NCBI RefSeq assembly: GCF_006345805.1
Contig: NC_043001.1
Span: forward strand, 67,084,001 to 67,148,000
From: Octopus sinensis
Lineage: Eukaryota
Length of the DNA stretch: 64,000 bases
Direction: 5' to 3'
A model generated the notes under the pieces. That model saw only the letters and a list, made by a program, of their open reading frames with translations, did not search any database and was not told the DNA's origin. Made by a program: the position numbers and the translations under genes. Position 1 is the stretch's first letter, and each line of letters begins with the position of its first letter. Shown here piece after piece: positions 26,930 to 39,358 of the stretch.

Positions 26930-27905
26930 GGGAGACTGACGAACAGGGCAAGAGCCCTTCTTTTATTTTTCACAGGTGCATGCTTAAAATATGTCCTTTC
27001 GCACTGGCCATTTTTCCACCTTTCAACAAATTTGCTAGAAGCCAACACTTCTCTTTCTCCACCCTGACCTTTTCAAGTGAAACTTGAAAATATTTATGAG
27101 GCCTTGGCCAAAGAGGAAAGTGCCTGTCTTTAGCTCTTTCAAACATGTCCACCACACAACTTCTTTTGCTGTAGCCACCAGACAAATAAAATTTGCCTGC
27201 CCCTCCTGGCCAAAGGAGGGCAGCAAGGTAATCTTAACTATGGATTCAGCTGATAGCTGGATCCATCCTACATGCAATAGCAGGTGCTTGACATAAAGCC
27301 ACAGGTCAGCAATGCTTGGGCACTGGACAAGGGAGTGCAGAATGGTTTTGTCACTCTGAGTGCACCTCAGGCCAGCTTGGCTGACGGCACTTCCATGCCT
27401 GTAAAGTTTATCCCAAACAGGTTGCACCCCTTGGTAGCACTGCCAGGCGAGGGATTTCTGGAAGTTATCCAGAAGGTCCAGCCTGAAAATCCTCCAGAAC
27501 AGACTGGTTGGTTGATCTTCGTCAATGCTCACTTTCCCCAAGAACATTGCCACACTTTTCCTCCACTAATCCTCTATAGAATGCCAGAGTAGAACTACCA
27601 CCAACTGTATTGCCTACCTGGTGGAGGGCTGTGAGCACTTCACAGCAATTGAAGTGCCAAGTGCCTCACCTCAGTCTATGCTTAATCCAGGATTGTAGCT
27701 CAGTCAAAGTGACGAGCTGTAGAAGAGTGAGTCTCACAAACAGTGACCACACCTGCTCACCATCAAGGAAACACTGGAGATGCCACAGCCTGAGTGCATG
27801 TCTGTGTATTAGCAACCATGGCATGCCCAGGCCCCCATTCAGGAGCTGTTGACAGCAGAGGGAGTACCTTACCAGCGAGATGTGACCCCGCCACAGAAAG
27901 CATAA
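26930..27905 (-). mobile_element. L1/Tx1-clade LINE 3' fragment
   Basis: LLNGGLGMPWL..RHALRL after the RT, and zf-RVT-like RC..TILHSLVQCP..LW..AKEVVW in frameshifted ORFs. Confidence 0.75.
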
Positions 27906-28758
27906 GAGTAAGTAAACTAGCTTGTTCAGCCAACATAAGGGGCAAGTGATAATAATGATAATATCAACTTTGATATACATCTATCTGAGTTGAATAATCT
28001 TAATTTGTATTTCATGTTATTTAAGTTCAATTTTTTTCTTGTTCAACATCAAAAACTATTATGATAACTTTATGTAAATTTCAGAATTAAGCTTAATTGG
28101 TTTAAATATGCATTGGTAGTATTTCTGTGTCTGCAGAATGATAAATGTATTGCTGGAATGTCTACAGAATCAAAAGATGATGTTGGAAATAATGCTGCAT
28201 CTTTCCAAGGAGATGACAAAGAACTATAACAAAACAGTAAGACATGTCCTACAAGAGAATCATTATAAATCATAGAACATGGAAAAGTGGATTGAGTCTA
28301 CAATAATGATCACACACATACACGAACAGAGTATGTGGATAGGATCATAATGCAAGCTGTATCTTCAGGAAGTACGTCTGTATATTCTAGTACTCCAAAG
28401 TATATTATAAATGAGAGTTGAAAATACTGGAAAATCTTTTTGCAGAATAATTATCTATCAAAATAAAAGACTAAAAAAAATTCGATCATTTATTCCCCAT
28501 TACATATGTATCATTACCTGATAGGAGTTACAGAGGTATACATATAGAAAAACATGAAGGTAGAGTGATGTTGTAGACAATATGCTGTTTCTTAGGTAGA
28601 TAATACATAATTATATACCATTTTTGTAATAGAATTGTTTACCTCATATTTCTTATATAGAATATGTAAGTTACTCTGCCAGCTGGACAAGAACTGACCA
28701 AGAACTAAAAAAATAACAACAAAAACAATAACTATTAGATTTGAAAAAATATACATAC

Positions 28759-28920
28759 CCATAAGTCGTTTAATGGCAACCCTAACCATATCTTCTCTGG
28801 CAGGATTTTTCTGCATTTTACCTCTCCATACTTCAGTGTAGACACCTTTACCAATGAGTTCATGTAATTTTATGAAGCGTCGAGGTATTTCCCATCCATG
28901 TCTGTTGTCAGAATATTCAC
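28759..28920 (-). CDS. RTK-like exon, subdomains I-II (GEYSDNRHGWEIPRRFIKLHELIGKGVYTEVWRGKMQKNPAREDMVRVAIKRLM)
   Basis: Acceptor tcatttcag|GT, donor G|gtatgt. 162 nt, phase 1 to 1. WEIPR, GxGxY and VAIK motifs. Confidence 0.95.
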
Positions 28921-29464
28921 CCTGAAATGATAAGAAGATTTAATTACAAGTAAGGGTTAGGGTAACATAGACTATTTCTAATATTATTATTCAGGTGGTG
29001 AGCTAGTGGCATCTCACCCATCTCTATGTTCTGAATTCAAATTCTGCCAAGGTCGACTTTGTCTTTCATCTTTTCAGGGTTCATAAACCAAGTACCAGTT
29101 GAACACTGGGTTCGATGTAATCAACTTACCACCTGTCCTAAAATTTCTGGCCTTGTGTCAAAATGTGAAATTATTATTATTATTGTTATCAGGGCAGCAA
29201 GCTGGCAGAATCATTAACACACCAGAAAAAATGTTAAGCAGCATTTTTTTCAGTTCAAATGCTGTCAAAGTCAGTGTTACCTTCTACCCATCAGCTAGTC
29301 TCTCCCCACAAAATTTCAGCCTTGTATCTATAGTGGAAAGGATTATTATTAAGGTAGTGAGCTTGTAGAATCATTACTGGACAAAATGCTTGAAGGCATT
29401 TAAATTCTGAGTTCAAATCTTGCTGAGGTCATTCTTTCACGGTCAGTAAAATGAAGTACAAGTC

Positions 29465-30175
29465 CAGGATCTTTATGGATTTTTGTCAATGTCTACAATT
29501 TTGTTCCAGTTGTTTTCAAATTTGGTTTATGGATTAAGGTTTGTATACTAATTATGAAAACGAAATTCCTTTTTTCTATAAAAAGTTATTAGCCTTTAAA
29601 ATTTGGGTATTTTAGCCAATCAGAAGCAAATATTTTACACATCACTGTGAAGAACTGATTCCATAGTAACCAAAGATGCTGCACATGCACACAAGGAGTA
29701 TAACCACCAGATTTTGATTGTCATTTCTAGCAACTCCTGTTGGTTTGCTGGTAGCTTTTAAATATTTAATTTGCTCATGAATCTTTTAATGTTTTTCACT
29801 GTTAACTTTGCTCGTGTATATTTTAATGTTTTGACTGTTATTTCTAGCAACTCCTGTTGGTTTGCTTGTAGCTTTTAAATATCTAATTTGCTCATGAATC
29901 TTTTCATACTTTTTACTGTTACTGAAGCTAGTTTAATGTTTTGACATGCTGGTGCACCTCCTCCCACTTCTTCATTACTGTGACATGATGGAAGAGGCAG
30001 TGAATGTGCTGTTTTCTGATTGGCTGAAAATGATCAAACTTTGAACATTTTCACAGAATTTTTCTGGAATAAATGAATAAATTCGGATTCAGCATCAAAA
30101 ATGATATCTATATGATACATTAAATAATTTTTTTAAAGATTTCAACATGCAGTGATGATAACCACAAAGATTCTA
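29465..30175. mobile_element. Probable old MITE with an internal ~115-bp direct repeat
   Basis: Imperfect terminal IR (atctttatgg/ccacaaagat). Direct repeat at ~29725-29805 and ~29840-29920. Confidence 0.45.
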
Positions 30176-31305
30176 AGTCAATTATTAGGGTTGATGTAAT
30201 TGACTATGTTCTTCCCCTAAAGTTGTTATAAGTTCCCCTTATGCCACAATTTGAAACTATTATTATTTTAAAGAGCAGAGAATAGATAGAAACATTAGAT
30301 ATTGGACAGGAAGTCTTGCAATATTTGTTCCAGCTCTTTAAATTTTGATTCTGGGGTTGATATTGACTAGCATCTGCTCCCATAAACTGTTGACCTTGTG
30401 TCTACATAATAATAATAATAATAATACTGATTTCTAACATCAACAATCTTTAAACAGTAATGAGATAGTTAGAGCTGGTGGAATACCTGATTTGAATGCC
30501 ACATGGTATTATCTTTAGGTTCTAAGCTCAAATACTGCTACTGTCAATTCTGACTTACACCTTTCTGATGTCATTCAAATATCTAAGCTGATTCTTCTCT
30601 TCACTAATTTTGTTAATACTCTTACCATTACTTTTATAACCTTACCCATCAGTTTGATGCCTTTGTGGTCACTGCTTTCCTAAACTTGTCTTTGCCCTTG
30701 TAGTATTCAACAATTATACTGTTACATCAGCCATTGGGTACAACACCTTCATATCTTACTCAGAACAAGAAGGGCTGTAGCTAAATATCAGTTTCTAATA
30801 TAAACCTAAGATCAGACAGTGTAAAGGTGGTGTATGGTTGATGAAACCAACTCCAATGCATGACTAGTACATATTTTAAGAAACCTGGAAGATAAAATTC
30901 AAAGCTGACCTCAAAAGGATTTGAACCCAGAACATAATCGCATCAAAGCAGACATCACAAGTTAAAATTAAAGTGCAAAGAAACTGACAGGAGTTTATGA
31001 TGGCAATGAAGAGAGCTCATTTCAATAACTAAGTCTCAGATAAGGAGCTAGTGTCCAAAATATTAGTATCTATTTCTTGTTACAACATACAATCATATCT
31101 AATTTCAAAAACTTACACTCCACTCTATCATTTCTGACACTGCCTCACCCGCACAAATATCAAAAACAAAGCTTTATTTAAAACATATTAAACAGATAAA
31201 CAGATAAAGGATTACTATATAAAAATTGTAAAGATGAAATCTTCTTTCCTTGAAACTGCTATGTTATTTAATATCTACTTAGTATTTCTCATTCTAATCA
31301 CATAC

Positions 31306-31346
<41 letters not shown>

Positions 31347-31828
31347 CTTTGTGCAAGATACAAACAATTTTAGATTTTATCTTCTCATAATCTAAAGTTT
31401 TACATATTTTCTCATTTCTTTTCTTGCAGTTTAAATATTTAAAACCATATATATGTATATATGTGTGTGTAGTTTCTGTAAATCTATATGTTCGATTTAT
31501 TATGGAATCTCTATACACACACAAATAAGAAGAAAATGCAATATTCAATTATAGAATATTAAGAAATCTTTCAGTGGATTTTACTCAAGGCATTTAGATA
31601 TTGCATTTAAGTAAGTTGAAATTTCTACAAAAACAGGGGGTGTAGATACATGCAAACATCCATACACACAACTGTATGAATAAATATACGTGAATGCACA
31701 CGCACATATATATATATATATGAGAGAAAGAGAGCAGAAGAACAGATATAGGGACATAATTTATTAGTGTGTTATACAGTATTTAAAAAAATCTTTAGAT
31801 ATATTATACATATCTTTAGCAGTATAGA

Positions 31829-31861
<33 letters not shown>

Positions 31862-31923
31862 ATATTTATATATATATATATATAAATATATATATAATAT
31901 TTATATATATATATATATTGCAT

Positions 31924-32395
31924 GGAGGCGCAATGGCCTAGTGGTTAGGGCAGCGGACTTGCGGTCGGAGGATCGCGGTTTCGATTCCCAGACCAGGCGT
32001 TGTGGGTAGGATGCCTTGTTTATTATTAGTGTGAGAGAGGGGAGCATTGAGGAGGGGATAATTCCTAGTGTATGGGAGGTTCTTGTCGGTGGGGGAGGGG
32101 TGTTAGAATGATTAGAGATCCAGGTTTTGGGGTGGGTCTTGTTTGAAATTTTTTTGGGGGAAAGGGCTTTTTGTATGGTTGGGGGAGGTTGTGTCCTGTG
32201 TGATATATATATATGTATACTTATATATATACTTATTTATATTTATTTATATATATATATATATATATTGAGCGAAAACACCTAAAAGCTCCACGAGGCT
32301 CCGGCAGGAGGTGGTGATCCCTGCTGTACTCTTTCACCACTCTAAAAGGTGGTGCTCCAGCATGGCCGCAGTCAAATGACTGAAACAAGTACAAA
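31924..32395 (+). mobile_element. tRNA-derived SINE interrupted by a 267-bp inverted copy of 34890-35157
   Basis: tRNA-like head ggaggcgcaatggcctagtggttagggcagcggac...ggtttcgattccc. Insert at 32001-32268. SINE-type sequence resumes at attgagcgaaaacacc, and the usual tail follows at ~32347. Confidence 0.8.
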
Positions 32396-32695
32396 AAAAA
32401 AAAAATATATATATACTTGTGTGTGTGCGTGTGTGTATGTATATACATACATATATACACACACATGCATACATAGAAATATACATGCATATATAGCGAC
32501 CAACATACATGCACACATATGCATACATAGAAATATACATGTATATACAGCAACCTACATATTTACATACATGCACTGCCTGAGTGTGTGCATGCACATG
32601 TATGAGTGCGAGATGTATGTACAAATGCTGCTGTGTAAATAATATTGTACTCTCCAGAGATCAGAAGTATATGCACACACACATCACTTTCTATC

Positions 32696-32748
<53 letters not shown>

Positions 32749-32984
32749 TGATAATAAGGAGAATGGAGAATTTAAACATTCAAACTTTATGTTTATTTCC
32801 AATTAGTTTAATCATAATAATAGTCCGATACAGGTTTGAATCGCACCAAGTGCATTTTGCAACATATTCATATGCTGTGATTTATACATTATTAGTATGA
32901 TCTCTTCAGGGCATATTTAAAACCACATATGACATTGTTTGAAGAAGAATTTTCTTCTGTTATTAGTTTGAATTAGGCTTAGTA

Positions 32985-33665
32985 GATGTGGCATGCAAGA
33001 GAGACGTCTGCACTGGTATGGTCATGTACTGCAGATGAATGAGGAGAGATGTGTGAAGAAGTGCCACTCCCAGACAGTTGAAGGAATCTGGGGTATAAGT
33101 AGACCCAGGAAGACATGGGATGAGGTGGTCAAACATGACCTTCGAATGTTGGGCCTCACAGAGGCAATGACGAAAGACCAAGACCTCTGGAGATATGCTG
33201 TGACTGCAAAGACTCGGCAAATAAAGTGAGTTCACAGCTATATCCTACACCAACTTCACATAGAAGCCCCAGCCCATCCAAAGTACCTTGGATCACAGGA
33301 TGGCCTGCTGTGCTTACCTTGGATTGTAGGGCGACCTGCTGTGCTTGAGGAGACCTATTGAGTCAAGTACATCAACATCAAAAAATCAAATGGGAATTGT
33401 AGTTGCGATACCTGTGCCGGTGGCACGGAAAAGCACCGTCTGAATGTGGCTGATGCCAGTGCCGCCTTGACTGACTTCTGTGCCAGTGGCACGTAAAAAG
33501 CACCCACTACATTCGCAGAGTGGTTGGCGTTAGGAGGGGCATCCAGCTGTAGAAACACTGCCAGATCAGACTAGAGCCTGGTGCAGCCTCCTGGCTTCCC
33601 GGACCCCGGTCGAACCATCCAATCCATGCTAGCATGGAAAACGAACATTAAATGATGATGATGAT
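32985..33665 (+). mobile_element. RTE LINE 3' end with UTR and (GAT)n tail
   Basis: ORF 32993-33229 (QERRLHWYGHV..RPRKTWDEVVKHDL), UTR motifs, gatgatgat tail. Confidence 0.88.
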
Positions 33666-33683
33666 ATATATATATATATATAG

Positions 33684-33777
33684 GCTTCGGTAGCGCAGTA
33701 GGCAGCGCGTCAGTCTCATAATCCAAAGTTATCGTCGAGCAATCTGAAGGTCGTGAGTTCAATCCTCACCCGGGGCA
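33684..33777 (+). tRNA. tRNA-Met(CAT), elongator type, with a 21-nt intron at the canonical 37/38 position (gene or pre-tRNA-derived copy)
   Basis: Acceptor GCTTCGG/CCGGGGC plus A. D-stem GCGC/GCGC. Anticodon arm TCAGT-CTCATA[intron 33721-33741]A-TCTGA with CAT at 33717-33719. T-arm GTGAG-TTCAATC-CTCAC. No encoded CCA. Confidence 0.8.
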
Positions 33778-33779
33778 GA

Positions 33780-33786
33780 TTTTTTT
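33780..33786 (+). terminator. Pol III terminator (T7) after the tRNA-Met
   Basis: Seven T residues beginning 3 nt after the discriminator base. Confidence 0.7.
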
Positions 33787-33849
33787 AAATGGCGGTGCCC
33801 CAGCATGGCCACAGCTCATAAGCTGAAACTAGAATCAATCAATCAATCA

Positions 33850-34854
33850 TATATATATATATATATATAAAGCTGAAGTTGTCTGTGTGTGTGGCAGGTT
33901 TGGTAGCTTTCAACTAACACTATCTCCTCCGAGACCCTGTGGTGCATGTTGACCAAAATTGAGAGTATGATAGAAGAATGCTTGCTCTTTATTCCGTAGA
34001 AGAAAAAATTCAAATCAGACCATGTTAAGACCAAAAATTATTTACATAAAAAAGGTGCTTTTTTTCTATGAAAATCCCTATTTTTTACAATTTTTTGACT
34101 GCTGTGTCACCATTTTTCGGTGTATTTCAACCAGAAAAATGTTCACTTAAAGAGAATAACAAGCTACATAATGCAAAATTTCTATTTTTCAAAAGTTACA
34201 ATTCTAAAGAGTTGAAAAGAATTTTTTTGTGATGTCACTGGTTTTGAGTGAACGACAGATCAGCTGATCCAATGCAGAGGAGTAGTGTTCACTGCGTGAA
34301 TACTCTAATTTTCAAGGTTGTCAACTGCTACAGCATTGAGTACAATTCAGCAATTTCAATCGATTTTTTGTGAGAAAAACTAATTGCATTAGCACAAGAC
34401 AGAACATTTTATTCATTTTACAGATACAAACACAATTCACGTTGCCCACCCATTTGGCTTCAAAATAACATTTTTTTGTTTTTTTTGTGTAATCACAAAC
34501 TGTTCTTACTAACATTTTGGATTTTCCTGTACTTTTTCTTAATGAATACTGTCGCAGTGTTAACTTCTTAATAGATTTTCAGTGCAGTTCGAAAATTGAG
34601 CTTCATTTTGCATTAAATCTACGGGTAATTTTTTCTCTCCATAATATTAATAGAAGGAATATTAACCAACAATACCAACAATTGAAGTCGGCATTACACA
34701 TTTGCAGCACATTCAGAGCAAACTCGAGCATCACCACACTATACTTTTATTCATAGATTGAAACTACGTCAAAACTTTGTTAACGCGACATCAAAGTCTG
34801 CCATTTTAAGCGCAACTAAAAAACAAACCTGAGCAATGCCTGGCTATACTGCTA

Positions 34855-34855
<1 letters not shown>
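33850..34855 (+). mobile_element. Non-autonomous Helitron-like element
   Basis: 5' (TA)n-TAAA-..gtctgtgtgtg start. 3' cctgagcaatgcctgg hairpin plus CTAG|T, the same end as 47718-48231 and 56974-57339. Confidence 0.7.
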
Positions 34856-34885
<30 letters not shown>

Positions 34886-34954
34886 AAAGTATATATATAT
34901 ATATATATAAATAAATATAAATAAGTATATATATAAGTATACATATATATATAT

Positions 34955-37837
34955 CACACAGGACACAACCTCCCCCAACCATACAAAAAGCCCTTTCCCC
35001 CCAAAAAAATTTCAAACAAGACCCACCCCAAAACCTGGATCTCTAATCATTCTAACACCCCTCCCCCACCGACAAGAACCTCCCATACACTAGGAATTAT
35101 CCCCTCCTCAATGCTCCCCTCTCTCACACTAATAATAAACAAGGCATCCTACCCACACCGATACATATAATACCCACCCAACGAACCCCTTACAGTCCAC
35201 CCATTCAACAACCTCATTCCTACCACATTTCCTACAGATCTCCAAACCCTCACATCCCACACCAGCCCAATCACTACAACTACATACCCCCCTACATCCT
35301 CCCATACAATCTACCCTACAAACACCCACAAACCCACCGCATTTCTCACAAAACCTTACATCATCACATCCCATACCAACATAAGCACTACAACTACCTA
35401 CCCCCTTCCAACCTCCCCACCCCCAAACACCCCCACACATACAACCAGAACATTAATAAACAGTACACCCCTTACTTCAACAACCATTTTTTAGACAGAG
35501 GAGAAAAATACAAACACCACCGCTAACACAGACCCAAAATAAGAAAACAAAAATTATAAACCTCTCTAGCAAAACACTGACACTAACCCAAATCAACATC
35601 CTAGCAAGAGGTTTGAAATTCACACCCACCCCAAGAACACCCAACCTCCCGGAGGTCAAGGACGACGTTTCTGAATTCTGCAGAAATCTTCGTTTAACAG
35701 AAGCTCTGATAGATCTCAACAATGAGGACGATTCATTGATCAAAAACAAAAGTAACTTCCTACCATCAAAAGGAAAAAATAAGGCACTGGAGGATTTTTG
35801 CAAACACATCCAGAGTCTCCCCTTTACCCCAGGCAAAACCAAGGTAAAATCCAACTTCAGTAGGGAGGAATGGAAAAACCTACGTGACCTACAACTGGAC
35901 AAAAACCTTACCATCAAAGAAGCCGACAAAGGGAGTTCTGTGGTCCTTATGGACATGGAGTTTTATAAACACCTAATGCTTTCCATGCTAAACAACAACA
36001 CTTTCTATGAGGTTATTAACAACTATAAATAACAAAAAACAATCAAAAACCTCACCACCCTCATACTCCAACACAGTCAGGGACTTCCTAAAGTCCATAA
36101 AAAGAAATACATCACTGAAACCTGCAAACTCTCCTCTGACATCCACATCAACATCAAAGCACTGGAGGACCTAAAACTAAGGCCCATCATGGCTGGCACC
36201 TCCTGTGAAACACACCACTTGAGTAATTTCCAAGACATCCTTTTGAAACCTTTCCTTACTCACATCAAAAGTTTCATTAGTGATGATCTGGACATGCTCA
36301 AACACCTCCCGAAAACAGCTAATGAGGAGGCACTCCTGATGTCCTTTGATGTCATCAACCTCTACACCAACATCCCACATGAATATGGTATTGAGGCAAT
36401 TGATTTCTGGCTAGAGAAACACCCAGATACATTCCCTGACCGCATTCACAAGACCTTCATTATGGAATCACTCAAGTTCATTCTGACAAACAATTATTTC
36501 CTCTTCGATAACACACACTACTGTCAAAAATGTGGTATTGCGATGGGTACCAAGGCTGCATCAGTCCTTGCAAACCTCATAATGGGTTTCTTCGAACTAT
36601 CACTCTATGAGCTATCACGCCAGAAATTTGGACACGTTTTCTACATCTACCTAATGGAAAACTGGAAAAGGTATTTGGATGATTGTTTCATCATATGGAA
36701 AGAATCTTATGAAAAGCTTCTGGAATTCAAACCATACTGAACAACATACATCCCAACATCCAATTCACTATGGAATTCAGCAAACATCATCTCCCTTTCC
36801 TTGATCTCCTAATTATAAAAACACCTAAGAACCAAATCATAACAGACATCTACCACAAACCTACAGACTCACAACAATACCTCCTCTTTAGCTCATGCCA
36901 CCCAAGACACACCAAGATAAATATCCCTTTCAACTTAGCTAAAAGGGTATGCACCATTGTCTCGGATCCCAAAACTCGAGAAATACGCCTTCATCATCTC
37001 AAAAAAATACTATTACAACGCCAATATCCCTCCACCCTTATAGAGTATGGAATAAAACGTGCCAAAGAACTAGACAACATTACACTGAAAACCACCCAAC
37101 CCAACAACACACACAATACCAAAATACTTCCATACATTTCCACCCACACCCCCAAAAATATCGAAGCTTATACCACAATCATACAAAACCTCACTCTACA
37201 GTCAACAGACCCAAAATTGAATAACATTATCAATACACACAAAATCCTCAAATGTAAAAGGCAACATAAATCTTTGAAAAAACTCTTGACAAATGCTAAA
37301 CTTTACACACTACATCCACCCCCATCAGTTAAAAAATGTGCACGCCCAAACTGTGGCACCTGCCCCTTCCTACTTGAAGGCTCTGAATTTACTTTCAAAC
37401 AAGGAACAAAGTTTAAAATCAAGAGCAACTTCTCCTGTTCCTCCGAGAACCTTATCTACGTTCTCACATGCGCCGGTTGCCAACATAATTATGTTGGACA
37501 AACGAGCCTCCCTTTACATAAAAGAGTAGCGGTCCATAAAGAACAAATAAATCTCCCAGAATACCGTCAAATTCCACTAAGTAGCCACATAGACTCGTGC
37601 GCTAAAGACAAAAATCCCAAATTTGACATATTCCCCTTCTACTAATGTAAAGACAGAATCACTACACAAGAAAGAATAAACAAGGAGAATCTTTTTATTG
37701 AAAAATTCAAAATGCATCTTAATATGCAAACTCCACGATAATCATACTTCTTTTTTCTACCCCATTCTTCATGGATGGACTAATACAAATATATAAGGAT
37801 ATCATGTAGTTATCACTTCAAGCTAAAAATTATATTC

Positions 37838-37878
<41 letters not shown>

Positions 37879-38520
37879 ATGACATAATAATCTGAAATGA
37901 AATTATAAATTGGTTTATGTAAATTTATATAATGAGAAAACTATAAATAAAGTGTTAAAATCTGAATGTTAAGTTAGCAAACAATTATATAAAAAAAGAT
38001 AATGCAAATGAAACTAAAATGATAATTTTATAATTTAAGGTTCCTTAACATCCTATCTTACAAAAAATTGATAATCCCAATTGAAGAGCATAAAATCCAC
38101 AGAGTTGTCTCCCCTTACTCACAGGAACTGGATAACTCCTACCCCATTTCCTGTTTTGACATTCATTTAACTAACATCCTAAATTAAACACCACATGGCT
38201 TTAATCACATGGATCTTAATCCTCCAAGGTAATTTTTCCAAGAACTATCATTGAACTCGAGATACACAAAGACTTTACAATGTATCGGTGTACCTATTTT
38301 TTAATTTTTGTATATGCTTATTATTTTTTTGCTAAAAACAATGTAATTTTCTTTTTTCCCCCTCCTCAATTATAAAAAAATTTTTTCACCTTACAATTCT
38401 TGAAAAGTTGCATTGTGACGAGAACTGGTTAGAATTAATATATTTTTTAGAAAATTTTCCATACACCCATTTTCATTAAAATTTACCTTCATTCTGCCTG
38501 TTTATAATTTTTTCTTGCCT
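34955..38520 (+). mobile_element. Near full-length Penelope-like retroelement (RT + GIY-YIG), disabled by stops and a small deletion
   Basis: ORFs 35613-36032 (IKEADKGSSVV), 36189-36740 (SFDVINLYTNIP, GIAMGT, RYLDD) and 36770-37645 (FLD..YHKPT, NLIYVLTCAGCQHNYVGQT). AT-rich 3' region, both ends in (TA)n. Confidence 0.95.
38395..38436 (+). ncRNA. Decayed hammerhead-like motif at the PLE 3' end
   Basis: AATTCT-TGAAAA-GTTGC att GTGAC-GAGA-ACTGGT-T-AGAATT. Helices I and II still pair, but the core is mutated. Confidence 0.4.
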
Positions 38521-38525
38521 TAAGT

Positions 38526-38563
<38 letters not shown>

Positions 38564-38911
38564 CCATGCATTACCCCTCTCTTGATATCCTACGTTCTAC
38601 TTGCCTAGAACCTGTCATCATTTCTCTGAACCACCCCTCCCCACTGGTGCTCCCCTATATATTTCTGCACCCCACCCCACATAAAAAGCACCATCCGAAC
38701 GTGGCCGATGCGAGACCCCTCTGGCACCTGTGCAGGTGGCACGTAAAAAACACCCACTACACTCGCGGAGTGGTTGGCGTTAGGAAGGGCATCCAGCTGT
38801 AGAAACACTGCCAGACTAGACTGGAGCCTGGGGCAGTCCCTAGCTCCCCAGACCCCGGTCGAAACCGTCCAACCCGTGCTAGCGCGGAAAACGGACGTTA
38901 AACGATGATGA

Positions 38912-38952
<41 letters not shown>

Positions 38953-38954
38953 AG

Positions 38955-38991
<37 letters not shown>

Positions 38992-39091
38992 TTAATCCAA
39001 ACAAGGAAGCACAAAAAAAAAACACAACAACGCGAGGACGTGGAACAAATATAGTATTATTGGACGCTCAGGAAAGAAGGAAAGAAGGTGG

Positions 39092-39126
39092 GTTTAATGT
39101 TTCGAGTGGAGCTCTTCGTTGGAAAC
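39092..39126 (-). ncRNA. Degenerate minimal hammerhead motif (family of 15165 and 61812)
   Basis: GTTT-CCAACGA-A-GAGC tcc ACTC-GAAA-CA-TT-AAAC. Confidence 0.45.
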
Positions 39127-39214
39127 AAAGGAGAAGGAAGATCCAGGGAAGGGAAGACAGAGGAAAAAAATCGCCAACGGTACACACGCGGTCACATAAG
39201 TATATATATAAGTA

Positions 39215-39245
<31 letters not shown>

Positions 39246-39246
<1 letters not shown>

Positions 39247-39323
39247 CAAAATTAGAAATGGAGAAACATACTTAAATCAATCAAACATCAGATGTCCGCT
39301 TGATGTACATGGTACAGTCATGG

Positions 39324-39358
<35 letters not shown>

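Noticed and set aside
28137-28421. Plus-strand coding-like stretch after a good acceptor (NDKCIAGMSTESKDD..)
   Set aside because: Three internal stops in 95 codons, no homology I recognise, and not clearly better than chance.
31587-31627. Minus-strand exon-like segment with a good acceptor (ISTYLNAISKCL)
   Set aside because: It ends in phase 2, which would give a stop on entering exon 28920, so it does not solve the phase conflict.
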